From an uncultured Clostridia bacterium (GTDB lineage Bacteria; Bacillota; Clostridia; Lachnospirales; CAG-274), in assembly GCA_947589665.1 (NCBI GenBank), contig CANQBJ010000004.1:4591-68590 (forward strand): a stretch of DNA of 64,000 bases, written 5' to 3'. Both the position numbers and the translations under genes were made by a program. This document shows, piece by piece, positions 1 to 10,137 of this stretch. Position 1 is the first letter of the stretch. Each line of letters starts with the position of its first letter. The notes beneath the pieces were generated by a model. The model was not told the origin of the DNA, made no database searches, and saw nothing but the letters and a program-made list of their open reading frames with translations.

Positions 1-491
1 ACGGCGAGGGAGTGCTTATAACAGGCGAAAGTGGTATAGGCAAAAGCGAGGCTGCTCTTGAGCTTATAAAGAGAGGTCACAGACTTGTTGCCGACGATGC
101 CGTTGAGATAAAGAAGGTATCTCATGATACCCTTGTGGGAAGCTGTCCCGAGCTTATAAGGTACTTTATAGAGGTAAGGGGCATAGGCATTATTAATGTA
201 AAGCAGATGTTCGGTGTACAGTCTGTAAAGGATACACAGGAAATAGACCTTGTTATAAAGCTTGAATACTGGGAAAAGGGCAAGGCATATGACAGACTTG
301 GCATAAAGGAAGAATATATGGACATACTGGGAAATAAGGTAATATGCCATTCCATTCCCGTAAGACCGGGCAGGAACCTTGCCATTATCTGTGAGTCTGC
401 CGCTGTCAACTGCCGTCAGAAGAAGATGGGCTATAATGCCGCGCAGGCGCTTAACGATGCTATTATGAATAATGCCATGAAGGGCAATTGA
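1..491 (+). CDS. hprK: HPr kinase/phosphorylase, C-terminal part (5' end outside window)
   Basis: The frame is open from the window edge. It contains the P-loop GESGIGKSE, then LVADD and [11 protein letters not shown], which form the HprK catalytic core. Stop at 489-491. Confidence 0.9.
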   Translation, partial: GEGVLITGESGIGKSEAALELIKRGHRLVADDAVEIKKVSHDTLVGSCPELIRYFIEVRGIGIINVKQMFGVQSVKDTQEIDLVIKLEYWEKGKAYDRLGIKEEYMDILGNKVICHSIPVRPGRNLAIICESAAVNCRQKKMGYNAAQALNDAIMNNAMKGN

Positions 492-508
492 TATTGGAGG
501 TAGATAAT

Positions 509-1453
509 ATGTATTATCTTGGTATAGATCTGGGCGGAACAAATATTTCCGCAGGTATAGTAAACGAAAAAGGCGATATGCTTGCCAAGGCGACCACGCC
601 TACTATGAACGGCAGGGATACCGAGGATATTTTGGACGATATGGCTGGTCTTTGCGAAAAGCTTGCAGAGGAAATGGGCATAGCTCTGGAAGATATAGAA
701 GCTCTTGGCTTAGGCGTTCCGGGAAAGATAGATAAGAAAAAGGGAATACTTATATATGCAAATAATCTTAATTTCAAAAATGTAAACATTGCCAAGGAAA
801 TGAACAAGAGGGTAAAGCTGCCTGTCCATATAGAAAATGACGCTAACTGCGCCGCTATAGGAGAAAATGTATGCGGCGCCGCCCACGGAAACAAGAATAT
901 AATATATGTGACCATAGGCACCGGTGTAGGCGCAGGCATTATAATAAACGGCAAGGTGTTCTCAGGCTCCTTCGGAGGCGGCGGTGAGGCAGGACATATG
1001 GTAATAGTTGCCGACGGCGAGCTTTGCAGCTGCGGACGTAAGGGTTGCTGGGAGGCTTATGCCTCTGCCTCAGCTTTGAGAAGAGAGGGCAGGATAGCTG
1101 CGGCAAAATATCCCAGCAGCAAAATATATGAGCTTGTAGACGGAAATATAAAGCTTATAGATGCCAAGACTGTATTTGACGCTGCGGACTTAGGCGATGA
1201 AGTGGCAGAATATATACTTGGCAAATATATAAACTATTTGGCTGTAGGTATTGTAAATCTTGTAAATATATTCCAGCCCGAAACTATTGTAATAGGCGGA
1301 GGAGTATGCGCACAGGGTGACAGAGTTATAAAGCCTCTTGAAAAAATACTTGATGAAAAGGTATACGGCGGAGAAAACAAAACAGAGCTTAAGATCGCAA
1401 CTCTTGGAAACGATGCAGGCATAGTAGGCGCCGCAATGCTGGGACGCAAATAA
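509..1453 (+). CDS. glcK: ROK-family glucokinase
   Basis: N-terminal DLGGTN motif and ROK zinc motif CSCGRKGCWEAY. GGAGG lies about 9 nt upstream of ATG 509; the ORF-track start at 488 is an upstream TTG. Confidence 0.85.
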   Translation: MYYLGIDLGGTNISAGIVNEKGDMLAKATTPTMNGRDTEDILDDMAGLCEKLAEEMGIALEDIEALGLGVPGKIDKKKGILIYANNLNFKNVNIAKEMNKRVKLPVHIENDANCAAIGENVCGAAHGNKNIIYVTIGTGVGAGIIINGKVFSGSFGGGGEAGHMVIVADGELCSCGRKGCWEAYASASALRREGRIAAAKYPSSKIYELVDGNIKLIDAKTVFDAADLGDEVAEYILGKYINYLAVGIVNLVNIFQPETIVIGGGVCAQGDRVIKPLEKILDEKVYGGENKTELKIATLGNDAGIVGAAMLGRK

Positions 1454-1466
1454 AAGGAGCAGCTTT

Positions 1467-2369
1467 ATGACTGATATTATAAACAGATTTAAGAAGGAGC
1501 TTGGGGAAAACAATGTTCTTCTCAACGAGCCCATGTCAGCCCATACCACATTCAGAATAGGCGGAAATGCAGATATCTTTATTACTCCCGACAGTATAGA
1601 AAGGGTATGCAGGGCTGTGAAAACTGCAAAGGAAAGCGGACTTCCCTATTATATTATAGGAAATGGAAGTAATCTCCTTGTAAAGGATAACGGCTTTCGA
1701 GGCATAATAATTCAGATATACAAGGGCTTAAGCTATATAAATGTTGAGGATAATATCATTACGGCAGGAGCAGGCGCTCTTTTATCGACTGTAGCAAAGA
1801 AGGCTCTTGATGCCTCTCTTACGGGAATGGAATGCTTAAGCGGTATTCCCGGTACTGTAGGAGGCGCGGTCTGTATGAATGCGGGGGCCTACGGCGGAGA
1901 AATGAAGGACATAGTGGTCTCAAGCAAGGTCCTTGTAAACGGAAATGTAGAAACTATAGATAATGCTTCATCGGAGTTTGGCTACAGAATAAGCCGAATA
2001 ATGAAGGAAAATATGATAGTGCTGGAGACCGTATTTAAGCTTGAGAAGGGCAATTATGATGAAATAAAGGCCAAAATGCAGGAGCTTGCAGCACAGAGAA
2101 ATGCCAAGCAGCCCGTTGAACTGCCAAGCGCAGGCAGTACCTTTAAAAGACCTGAGGGCTATTTTGCGGGAAAGCTTATAGATGGCAGCGGGTTAAGAGG
2201 CTATAGTGTAGGTCAGGCGCAGGTAAGCCCCAAGCACTGCGGCTTTGTTGTGAACAACGGCGGCGCTGCGGCAGATGACGTACTCAGGCTTATAGAATAT
2301 GTGCAGAAAACAGTCTATGACAAATTCGGCGTTATGCTGGAGCCGGAGGTCAGGATAATAGGAGAATAA
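1467..2369 (+). CDS. murB: UDP-N-acetylenolpyruvoylglucosamine reductase
   Basis: FAD-binding TTFRIGG and GNGSNLL motifs plus C-terminal SAGSTFKRP, which is typical of MurB. AGGAG RBS. Confidence 0.93.
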   Translation: MTDIINRFKKELGENNVLLNEPMSAHTTFRIGGNADIFITPDSIERVCRAVKTAKESGLPYYIIGNGSNLLVKDNGFRGIIIQIYKGLSYINVEDNIITAGAGALLSTVAKKALDASLTGMECLSGIPGTVGGAVCMNAGAYGGEMKDIVVSSKVLVNGNVETIDNASSEFGYRISRIMKENMIVLETVFKLEKGNYDEIKAKMQELAAQRNAKQPVELPSAGSTFKRPEGYFAGKLIDGSGLRGYSVGQAQVSPKHCGFVVNNGGAAADDVLRLIEYVQKTVYDKFGVMLEPEVRIIGE

Positions 2370-2411
2370 CCGCTTTATAATTGCGGAAGAGAGGGAAAAG
2401 GAGGAGAGAAT

Positions 2412-3281
2412 ATGAGATTCGTCATAGTTACAGGAATGTCGGGCGCAGGAAAAAGTACAGTGCTTAAATTTTTGGAGGATATTGGCTTTTTCTGTATAGA
2501 TAATCTGCCTCCAAGTCTTATACCAAAGTTCATTGAGCTTTGCGAAAATCCCTCCTTCAACAATGAAAATGTTGCCTTAGGCATAGATATAAGAGGCGGA
2601 AGCCTTTTCAGTGAGCTTTTTAGCTTTTTGTCTGAAATAGAAAAGGATAACAACCGCTTTGAGATACTTTTTCTGGACTGCGAGAACGACATACTTCTTA
2701 AGAGGTATAAGGAGTCAAGACGTAATCATCCCCTCAACGTAAAGGGTGAAAGACTTATTGACGGCATTGAAAAGGAAAGGAAACTGCTTTCCGATATAAA
2801 GAACAGGGCAGATTATATTATAGACACAACTCATATGCTTACGCGTCAGCTGAGAATACAGCTAAGCGATATATTCCTTGAGGGCAAGGATTTTGAAAGC
2901 CTTATGATAACCGTACTGAGCTTTGGCTTCAAGTACGGTATACCTTCAGATGCAGACCTTGTGTTTGACGTCAGGTTCATACCCAATCCGTTTTATATAA
3001 CAGAACTCAAGACTCTTACAGGCAATGATGTTGCCGTAAGGGACTATGTTATGAAGTGGCCAGAAGCAGAGGAATTTAAGGCTAAACTTACGGATATGTG
3101 TGAATTTTTGATACCAAATTATATCAAAGAAGGTAAAAATCAGTTAGTTATTGCTATAGGCTGCACAGGCGGAAAGCACAGAAGTGTCACTTTAGCCAAT
3201 GAATTGTACAATAATTTAAAAAGAGTTGGACATAGTGTTATAATCGCTCACAGAGATATTGACAAAGACGGAAAGAGGTAG
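2412..3281 (+). CDS. rapZ: RNase adapter / nucleotide-binding protein RapZ (YvcJ family)
   Basis: N-terminal P-loop GMSGAGKST, DNLP motif and C-terminal GCTGGKHRSV signature. Confidence 0.9.
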   Translation: MRFVIVTGMSGAGKSTVLKFLEDIGFFCIDNLPPSLIPKFIELCENPSFNNENVALGIDIRGGSLFSELFSFLSEIEKDNNRFEILFLDCENDILLKRYKESRRNHPLNVKGERLIDGIEKERKLLSDIKNRADYIIDTTHMLTRQLRIQLSDIFLEGKDFESLMITVLSFGFKYGIPSDADLVFDVRFIPNPFYITELKTLTGNDVAVRDYVMKWPEAEEFKAKLTDMCEFLIPNYIKEGKNQLVIAIGCTGGKHRSVTLANELYNNLKRVGHSVIIAHRDIDKDGKR

Positions 3282-3370
3282 TATACTGTTTTATGGAAAA
3301 AAACTTACTGTAAATGCTATGCTTTAAGGTCTTATAAGGGCATTTGCCGCACTGTGTCGGAGGGAAAAAT

Positions 3371-4291
3371 ATGTCGTTTTCTTCTGATATAAAAAAGGAA
3401 TTGCTTTCATATAATTATACCGGCAGGCATTGTCTTACAGCTGCTTTGGCAGCCGTTATCAATATAAGCGGTTACGTAGGCACAAGGGATAGTCATAGGT
3501 TTATAATAATACATAATGACAATACTGAGCTTATTGAAAAAACCGCTGATATTATATACGAGCTGTTTGGCAGAAGTGTATCTATAGGCAAGGGAAACAA
3601 TATTGCCATAGAGGATCAGAGTCTTATTTCAGAGATTTTAAAAGCTACAGGTGTTAAAGACAGCGCCGATTTCAGCGTTGCCTCCCCCATAGATTTTTAC
3701 GTAGTATCAAAGAACTGCTGCAAAAGGGCTTATATAAGAACTGCTTTTTTATGCTGCGGTTCCATAAGCGATCCGCATAAGCATTATCACATAGAATTTG
3801 TGGATAATGATTACGAGCATGCCGACAGCTTAAAACGGCTTATTGCAAACTTTGGCATTACAATGAAGATCGTCGAAAGGAAAAATCACTTTGTAGTCTA
3901 CTGCAAGGAAGCTGAGCTTATAGTTGATTTGCTCAACGTAATGTCAGCCTACAGAGCCCTGCTTGAGCTTGAAAATCTCAGAGTGGTAAAGGGTGTGCGC
4001 AACAATGTCAACAGACTTGTGAACTGCGAAACAGCCAACCTCAACAAGGTGATCTCCGCTTCGGTCAGGCAGATAGAGGCAATAGAGTATCTAGCCCGTC
4101 AGAATAGGCTGGATCAACTGCCCGATAGCCTTAAAAAAATGGCAGAAATACGTATAATGTATCCGGATGCCAGCTTGAAAGAGCTTGGCGAAAAAATGAC
4201 TCCGCCCGTTGGTAAGTCAGGTGTGAATCATAGGTTAAAGAAAATATGCGAAATAGCAGATAAGCTCAAGGGGGACAATAACTATGGTTAA
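3371..4291 (+). CDS. whiA: Sporulation/cell-division DNA-binding regulator WhiA
   Basis: LAGLIDADG-like core and C-terminal HTH (VNRLVNCETANL..., SGVNHRLKKI). ATG 3371 is preceded by GGAGGGA; the ORF-track start 3344 lies upstream. Confidence 0.92.
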   Translation: MSFSSDIKKELLSYNYTGRHCLTAALAAVINISGYVGTRDSHRFIIIHNDNTELIEKTADIIYELFGRSVSIGKGNNIAIEDQSLISEILKATGVKDSADFSVASPIDFYVVSKNCCKRAYIRTAFLCCGSISDPHKHYHIEFVDNDYEHADSLKRLIANFGITMKIVERKNHFVVYCKEAELIVDLLNVMSAYRALLELENLRVVKGVRNNVNRLVNCETANLNKVISASVRQIEAIEYLARQNRLDQLPDSLKKMAEIRIMYPDASLKELGEKMTPPVGKSGVNHRLKKICEIADKLKGDNNYG

Positions 4292-4526
4292 GAAAACAAT
4301 TACAGTAGGCTCAAGCATGATAGAGAGACCTATACCTATGCTCGTACAGACAGCAGGCAGATATGCCAGCTCCTTACGTCTGAAAATGGACAACAAGGAA
4401 ATTAATTTAAAGAGCATTATGGGTGTTATATCTATCGGCACACTTTCAGGCAACAAGGTTGAGATCACAGCCGAGGGCGCTGATGAGGCTAATGCTTGCG
4501 AGGCTATCGTAGATTTCTTGAGTTGA
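4284..4526 (+). CDS. crh: HPr-family phosphocarrier paralogue lacking the His15 site (Crh-like)
   Basis: HPr fold signature with the Ser46 context NLKSIMG conserved. The His15 position (GxHARP in HPr) reads MIERP, so there is no histidine. It sits downstream of whiA, as crh does in Bacillus. Confidence 0.75.
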   Translation: MVKKTITVGSSMIERPIPMLVQTAGRYASSLRLKMDNKEINLKSIMGVISIGTLSGNKVEITAEGADEANACEAIVDFLS

Positions 4527-4549
4527 TCATACAGGCAGAGAAGAAGAGG

Positions 4550-4765
4550 AGTAGGCAATATCACCTCAAAGAGAGGAGCGCCCGCAGGCTGAAAGGCGCT
4601 TTGTCGTAAGTATTGCCGAAGGTAGCTTCGGAGCCTTTCTGCTGAAGAGATGTAAGCAGAGCGTCTGATCTGCGTTAAAGATCAAGAGTGCCTGTTTTAT
4701 ACAGGAATTAAGGTGGTACCACGGATACTTTCGTCCTTTATTAAACGAAAATATCCGTTTTTTGT
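4550..4765 (+). promoter_or_regulatory. T-box leader (valine specifier) with terminator, controlling valS
   Basis: Stem I has AGAGA and a distal loop. Specifier-loop candidates GUC/GUA (4603-4608) are both Val codons. Conserved T-box sequence AATTAAGGTGGTACCACGG (about 4707-4724). Terminator ACGGATAC..GTATCCGT plus T-run (4721-4764). Confidence 0.9.
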
Positions 4766-4812
4766 TTATTGTAAATACTATTATTAAGAACTATAACAGG
4801 AGGACAGCTATT

Positions 4813-7440
4813 ATGAAAGAAATGGCTAAAAACTACGATCCCTCTATTGAGGACAGAATTTATAAGAACTGGCTTAATAAGGGATATTTCCATGCTGAGG
4901 TAGACAAGAGCAAAGAACCCTTTACTATTGTTATACCTCCGCCGAATATTACGGGACAGCTCCATATGGGACATGCTCTTGATGAAACACTGCAGGATAT
5001 TCTCATAAGGTGGAAGAGAATGCAGGGCTACAATGCATTGTGGGTACCTGGTACTGACCACGCAGCTATATCAACTGAGGTAAAGATAGTAAATAAAATG
5101 CGTGAGGAAGGCATCACAAAGGAGGATGTAGGCAGAGAAGGCTTTCTTAAGAGAGCATGGGAGTGGAAAAAGGAATACGGCGGTACTATCATAAATCAGC
5201 TTATGAAGCTGGGCTCATCCTGTGACTGGGAGAGAGAGCGCTTTACAATGGACGAAGGTCTTTCAAAGGCTGTTCTTACAGTTTTTTGCAAGCTCTATGA
5301 AAAGGGCTATATATATCAGGGCGAAAAGCTTATAAACTGGTGTCCTACCTGTCAGACCACTATTTCCGATGCAGAGGTGGAGCATACGGATATGCAGGGC
5401 GGTTTTTGGCATATCAAGTATCCCATAAAGGGAACGGACAAATTTTTAGAGTTTGCCACTACAAGACCTGAGACTATGCTTGGCGATACTGCCATAGCCG
5501 TAAATCCCGAGGATGAAAGATACAAGGACGTAGTGGGCAAGGTATGTATACTGCCCTTTGTAGACAGGGAAATACCTATTATAGAGGACAGCTATGTAGA
5601 TATGGAATTCGGTACAGGCGTAGTTAAAATAACTCCTGCCCATGATCCTAACGACTTTGAAGTAGGCGAAAGACATGATTTGCCTAAAATAAATATTCTC
5701 AATGACGACGGCACAATTAATGAAAACGGCGGCAAGTTTGCAGGCATGGACAGGTATGCGGCAAGAGAGCAGATAATAAAAGAGCTTGACGAAATGGGTC
5801 TTTTCATAAAGAAAGAGGATATTACCCATGCCGTAGGTACTCATGACAGATGTGGCTGTGTTATAGAGCCGCTTATTAAGAAACAGTGGTTTGTCAGAAT
5901 GGACGAACTTGCAAAGCCTGCCCTTGACGCTTATTATAAAGGCGATCTCAGGTTCGTTCCCGACCGATTCGGCAAGATATATACTCATTGGCTTGAGGAT
6001 ATCCATGACTGGTGTATTTCCAGACAGCTTTGGTGGGGACACAGAATACCTGCCTATTACTGCGACTGCGGCAATGTAATTGTAAGCATCGATGCGCCTA
6101 AGGTATGTCCTAAGTGCGGAGGAACTCACATAGTACAGGATGAAGACTGCCTTGATACATGGTTTTCATCTGCCTTATGGCCCTTCTCAACACTGGGCTG
6201 GCCCGACAAGACACCTGAATTAGAGCATTTCTATCCTACAAGCGTACTTGTAACCGGCTATGATATTATATTCTTCTGGGTAGTAAGAATGGTATTCTCA
6301 GCTATGGAGCAGATGGGCGAGGTACCCTTCAGGACAGTACTTATACACGGACTTGTAAGGGACAGTCAGGGTCGTAAAATGAGTAAATCCCTGGGCAACG
6401 GCATTGATCCTCTTGAGATAATAAAGGATTACGGCGCAGATGCTTTAAGGCTTACTCTTATTACAGGAAACGCTCCGGGCAACGATATGAGATTTTACAA
6501 GGAAAGAGTGGAAAACAGCAGGAATTTTGCAAACAAGCTGTGGAATGCCGCCAGATTTGTAATGATGAATATGGACGATGAGGAGCCTGAGTGCAATATT
6601 TCGGAGCTTACCTCTGCCGACAAGTGGATATTAAGCAAGATAAACTCTCTTGCTAAGAATGTAACGGCAAATCTGGATGCCTATGAGCTGGGTATAGCCG
6701 TTCAGAATATATATGACTTTATTTGGGACGAGTACTGCGACTGGTATATAGAAATGGTAAAGCCAAGACTTTACAACAAGGAAGACGCTACAAGGAAGGC
6801 TGCTCTTTGGACTCTTAAGACAGTACTTATAAATGCCCTTAAGCTGCTCCACCCGTTTATGCCTTTTGTAACAGAGGAAATATTTACATCTGTGCAGAAC
6901 GAAGAAGAAACAATTATGCTTTCAAAGTGGCCCGAATATACAGAGGAATATAACTTCGCCGCTGATGAAAAGTCTATAGAGCTTATGAAAGAGGCTATAA
7001 AGTCAATAAGAAATGTAAGAGCAAATATGAATGTTGCTCCAAGCAGGAAGGCTAAGGTATTTGTAGTAAGTACAAACAGCGAGGTACAGTCTGTATTTGA
7101 AAAGGGCAAGGTATTCTTTGCGCCTCTTGCTTACGCAAGCGAGGTAACGGTACAGTCCGATAAGACAGGCATAGATGACGACGCTGTATCTGCCGTTATA
7201 CACAATGGTATGATATATATGCCTTTTGCCGAGCTTGTGGATATATCCAAGGAAAGGGAAAGATTGTCCAAGGAAAGAGATAAGCTTATCAAAGAGGTAG
7301 AGAGAGTCGAAAAGAAGCTTTCAAATCAGGGCTTTGTATCAAAGGCTCCGGAGAAAGTCATAAATGAAGAAAAGGCTAAGCTTGAAAAGTACAGCACTAT
7401 GTTAAAGAGCGTTGAAGAGCAAATAGCCCGAATAGGATAA
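4813..7440 (+). CDS. valS: Valine--tRNA ligase
   Basis: Class I HIGH (HMGHAL) and KMSKS motifs, and a C-terminal coiled coil. AGGAGG lies 9 nt upstream of ATG 4813. Confidence 0.97.
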   Translation: MKEMAKNYDPSIEDRIYKNWLNKGYFHAEVDKSKEPFTIVIPPPNITGQLHMGHALDETLQDILIRWKRMQGYNALWVPGTDHAAISTEVKIVNKMREEGITKEDVGREGFLKRAWEWKKEYGGTIINQLMKLGSSCDWERERFTMDEGLSKAVLTVFCKLYEKGYIYQGEKLINWCPTCQTTISDAEVEHTDMQGGFWHIKYPIKGTDKFLEFATTRPETMLGDTAIAVNPEDERYKDVVGKVCILPFVDREIPIIEDSYVDMEFGTGVVKITPAHDPNDFEVGERHDLPKINILNDDGTINENGGKFAGMDRYAAREQIIKELDEMGLFIKKEDITHAVGTHDRCGCVIEPLIKKQWFVRMDELAKPALDAYYKGDLRFVPDRFGKIYTHWLEDIHDWCISRQLWWGHRIPAYYCDCGNVIVSIDAPKVCPKCGGTHIVQDEDCLDTWFSSALWPFSTLGWPDKTPELEHFYPTSVLVTGYDIIFFWVVRMVFSAMEQMGEVPFRTVLIHGLVRDSQGRKMSKSLGNGIDPLEIIKDYGADALRLTLITGNAPGNDMRFYKERVENSRNFANKLWNAARFVMMNMDDEEPECNISELTSADKWILSKINSLAKNVTANLDAYELGIAVQNIYDFIWDEYCDWYIEMVKPRLYNKEDATRKAALWTLKTVLINALKLLHPFMPFVTEEIFTSVQNEEETIMLSKWPEYTEEYNFAADEKSIELMKEAIKSIRNVRANMNVAPSRKAKVFVVSTNSEVQSVFEKGKVFFAPLAYASEVTVQSDKTGIDDDAVSAVIHNGMIYMPFAELVDISKERERLSKERDKLIKEVERVEKKLSNQGFVSKAPEKVINEEKAKLEKYSTMLKSVEEQIARIG

Positions 7441-7508
7441 TAGGCTTACGGAATGTCGCTCAGAAGATATGAGTTTATATCGTTGATTTTATATTTATCA
7501 ACAAAAAT

Positions 7509-7537
7509 AGGCTATCGCATTAAAAATGCGATAGCCT
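7509..7537. terminator. Bidirectional intrinsic terminator between convergent valS and the gltD-like gene
   Basis: Perfect 12-bp stem AGGCTATCGCAT/ATGCGATAGCCT with loop TAAAA, flanked by A/T runs. Confidence 0.8.
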
Positions 7538-7543
7538 TAAATT

Positions 7544-8848
7544 TTATAAGCCTAAAAGCTTCTTAGCATCTACATAGCTTGAGATACCTTCAACTACTTT
7601 CTTTGCAGCCTTCATAGCAAGAACGACTGTTGCGGGCTGATGCACTACATCACCGCCTGCAAACACACCGTTTAATGTGGTCATACCGTAAGGCTTTTCC
7701 TTTGTAACAAGGTAGCCGTTGTCGTTTACCTCAATGCCCTTTGTAGTGGAAATTATTCTCTTGGCAGGCTTTGAGCCAATTGCTATAAGCACCTTGTCGC
7801 AGGGTATTACAAGCTCGTTGCCTTCCTGCTCAATGGCAAGTCCCACAAGCTTATTATTATCGTTTCCGACATATCTTACGGGAGTTGAATTCCACATAAA
7901 CTTGACACCGTCTGCAACTGCGCTGTCGTACTCCAGCTTTTCTGCTGAAATGGTATCGGGAGTACTTCTGTATACTACGGTTACCTTCTTTGCGCCCATT
8001 CTCAGAGCCGTTCTGGAAGCGTCCATAGCAACATTGCCTGCGCCTATTACAAGTACCGTATCGCCTTCCTTAACGGGAACTTCCTTTCTTTCAATGCTGT
8101 TGCTGTTGTAAAGGGCAACCATTCTTAAGAAATAGTGAGACTTTATAACACCTCTTAATTCCTTGCCCGGAATATCCAGCTCTCTTGCAACTGCCGTACC
8201 CGTGCCGATAAATATGGCATCAAAGCCCTTTGCAAAAAGCTGGTCTATAGTAATGTCCTGACCTATTATAGTGTTGTTTATGAACTGGACACCTAATTCG
8301 GCAATTCTCTTTGTTTCACGTCTTACAACATCCTTTGGCAGTCTGAATTCCGGAATACCGTATAAAAGTACACCGCCTGGTTCGCTTTCGCCCTCGTATA
8401 CAGTTACGTTAAAGCCCATCATAGCCAAATCGCCTGCAACCGTAAGACCTGCGGGACCTGAGCCTATAACTGCAACATTGCCTCTTGTCTTAGGCGGTAT
8501 CTTTTCTCTTATAAGGTTCATATCGGCATCGAAGTCGGCTACAAACTGCTCCAGTTTGCCTATTTTTATAGGCTTGTTTGCCTTATTCAGCACACAGTGA
8601 CCCTGACATTGCTTTTCATGAGGACAAACTCTACCGCATACGGCAGGAAGATTTGTTCTTTCGGCAAGTATACTTCTTGCCTCACCGAAATTACCTCTTG
8701 AAAGCTGATGTATGAAATCCGGAATTTTGTTTTCGATAGGGCAGCCTGTCATACACAGCGGCTTTTTACAGTTGAGACATCTCTTTGCCTCGGCAAGAGC
8801 CTCCTGCATGGTAAAGGGCTGGATATCATAATTTTCGTATGTGTTCAT
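7544..8848 (-). CDS. NADPH-dependent glutamate synthase small-chain-like oxidoreductase (GltD/NfnB/SudA family)
   Basis: N-terminal Cys clusters (CLNCKKPLCMTGCP, CGRVCP..C..HC) and two Rossmann GxGxxG motifs (VIGSGPAG, VIGAGNVA). Confidence 0.8.
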   Translation of the reverse strand: MNTYENYDIQPFTMQEALAEAKRCLNCKKPLCMTGCPIENKIPDFIHQLSRGNFGEARSILAERTNLPAVCGRVCPHEKQCQGHCVLNKANKPIKIGKLEQFVADFDADMNLIREKIPPKTRGNVAVIGSGPAGLTVAGDLAMMGFNVTVYEGESEPGGVLLYGIPEFRLPKDVVRRETKRIAELGVQFINNTIIGQDITIDQLFAKGFDAIFIGTGTAVARELDIPGKELRGVIKSHYFLRMVALYNSNSIERKEVPVKEGDTVLVIGAGNVAMDASRTALRMGAKKVTVVYRSTPDTISAEKLEYDSAVADGVKFMWNSTPVRYVGNDNNKLVGLAIEQEGNELVIPCDKVLIAIGSKPAKRIISTTKGIEVNDNGYLVTKEKPYGMTTLNGVFAGGDVVHQPATVVLAMKAAKKVVEGISSYVDAKKLLGL

Positions 8849-8878
8849 AAAAAATACCCCCTGAATATATTAATAAAA

Positions 8879-9973
8879 TTATTTTAAACAATTTTTAAGA
8901 GAATTAAGCAATAAAGTATTGCTTTTTTTATCTAAAATACAAAACCTTAAATATCTGTTGCCAAGATATGGGAAATCGGATGCATCCCTTATTAAGATAT
9001 TGTCCTTTATAAGCTCTTCAAATATCTGTGTTGAGGTAATATCCTCTTTTAATATTCTGCAGAGAAAGAAATTTGCCTGAGTATCATATACATATATGCC
9101 TTCAAGCTTTTTAAGCTCCTTATACATTCTTTTCCTTTCGCTGCTTATAAGCTCTTTGGTACTGTTTATAAAACTGCTGTCCGTAAACATGACCTGTCCG
9201 CCTGTTTCGGCAAAAATATTTACAGACCACGGGTCCTTTCGGTCGTTTATACAGGACAGTATATTTTCGTCTGAGCATATGCCATAGCCCAGCCTTAAGC
9301 CGGGGCAGGCAAAGAATTTAGAAGTACCCCTTACCACAAAGAGATTTTTAAATTCCCCTGTAAGTGGTACGGCAGATATTTCCTTGTCGGAAAACTCCAC
9401 ATATGTTTCGTCTATCATAACGTATGTGTTATTTTTACTGCAGTGTATGAGCAGCCTTCTTATTTGCTCACAGGTCATATATGTTCCCGTAGGATTGTTT
9501 GGATTGCATATAACAAGAAGGTCTATGCTGTCGGTAATGTCTGATATGAGCCTGTCCATATCCAGCATAAAGTCATCCTCCTCCTTAAGAGGAAAAAGCT
9601 CTGCGCTGCCTCCCGACATTTCCACCTCACGGAGATATTCGGAATATGCGGGAGAAACTATAACAGCCTTGCGGGGAGAAACAGTCTTTATAAAAAGAGA
9701 TATAAGCTCAGTAGAGCCGTTGCCCACAACTATATGACTGCTTTTTGCACCTGTATAGAAGGCTATGGCTTTTCTCAGCGCCACATAAGACACATCGGGA
9801 TAGTTCACTGCTTTATCGGTGTTTTCCGCAATAGCCTTTTTGACAGAAGAGGAAAGTCCCAAAGGATTTACATTTCCGCTGAAGTTAAGTATTTCATTTT
9901 TATCAATGCCATATATCCTGGAAATTTCGTCCAGGTCACCGCCGTGTAAAGCATGGTGACTTTCTTTTTTCAT
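8879..9973 (-). CDS. Class I/II PLP-dependent aminotransferase, CobD (threonine-phosphate decarboxylase)/HisC-like
   Basis: N-terminal HGGD....FSGNVNPLG pattern typical of CobD-like enzymes, plus NPNNPTG. I prefer the internal ATG at 9973, which follows a purine-rich RBS-like stretch (GAAGGAAAAGGAAG). Confidence 0.7.
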   Translation of the reverse strand: MKKESHHALHGGDLDEISRIYGIDKNEILNFSGNVNPLGLSSSVKKAIAENTDKAVNYPDVSYVALRKAIAFYTGAKSSHIVVGNGSTELISLFIKTVSPRKAVIVSPAYSEYLREVEMSGGSAELFPLKEEDDFMLDMDRLISDITDSIDLLVICNPNNPTGTYMTCEQIRRLLIHCSKNNTYVMIDETYVEFSDKEISAVPLTGEFKNLFVVRGTSKFFACPGLRLGYGICSDENILSCINDRKDPWSVNIFAETGGQVMFTDSSFINSTKELISSERKRMYKELKKLEGIYVYDTQANFFLCRILKEDITSTQIFEELIKDNILIRDASDFPYLGNRYLRFCILDKKSNTLLLNSLKNCLK

Positions 9974-10137
9974 AATAACAGCTTCCTTTTCCTTCTCTGC
10001 TCTCATTATATCATTTATAAAAGAATATTTAAAGAGGAATTTTCATAAAATAATAAATTTTTATTGGAAATTGATAAAAACTGTGGTATACTGTATCTGT
10101 TAAATAATATTCTTGTATTTTAAGGAGTGTGATTTTA

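Noticed and set aside
5446-6129. 227-aa ORF antisense to valS. Many similar antisense or out-of-frame ORFs appear elsewhere, e.g. 514-954, 10029-10481, 20827-21456, 24935-25534, 42264-43070, 47380-47970 and 52471-53145.
   Set aside because: They lie entirely inside strongly supported genes on the opposite strand or in another frame. They have low-complexity or biased composition, no RBS and no recognisable motifs. They are typical shadow ORFs.
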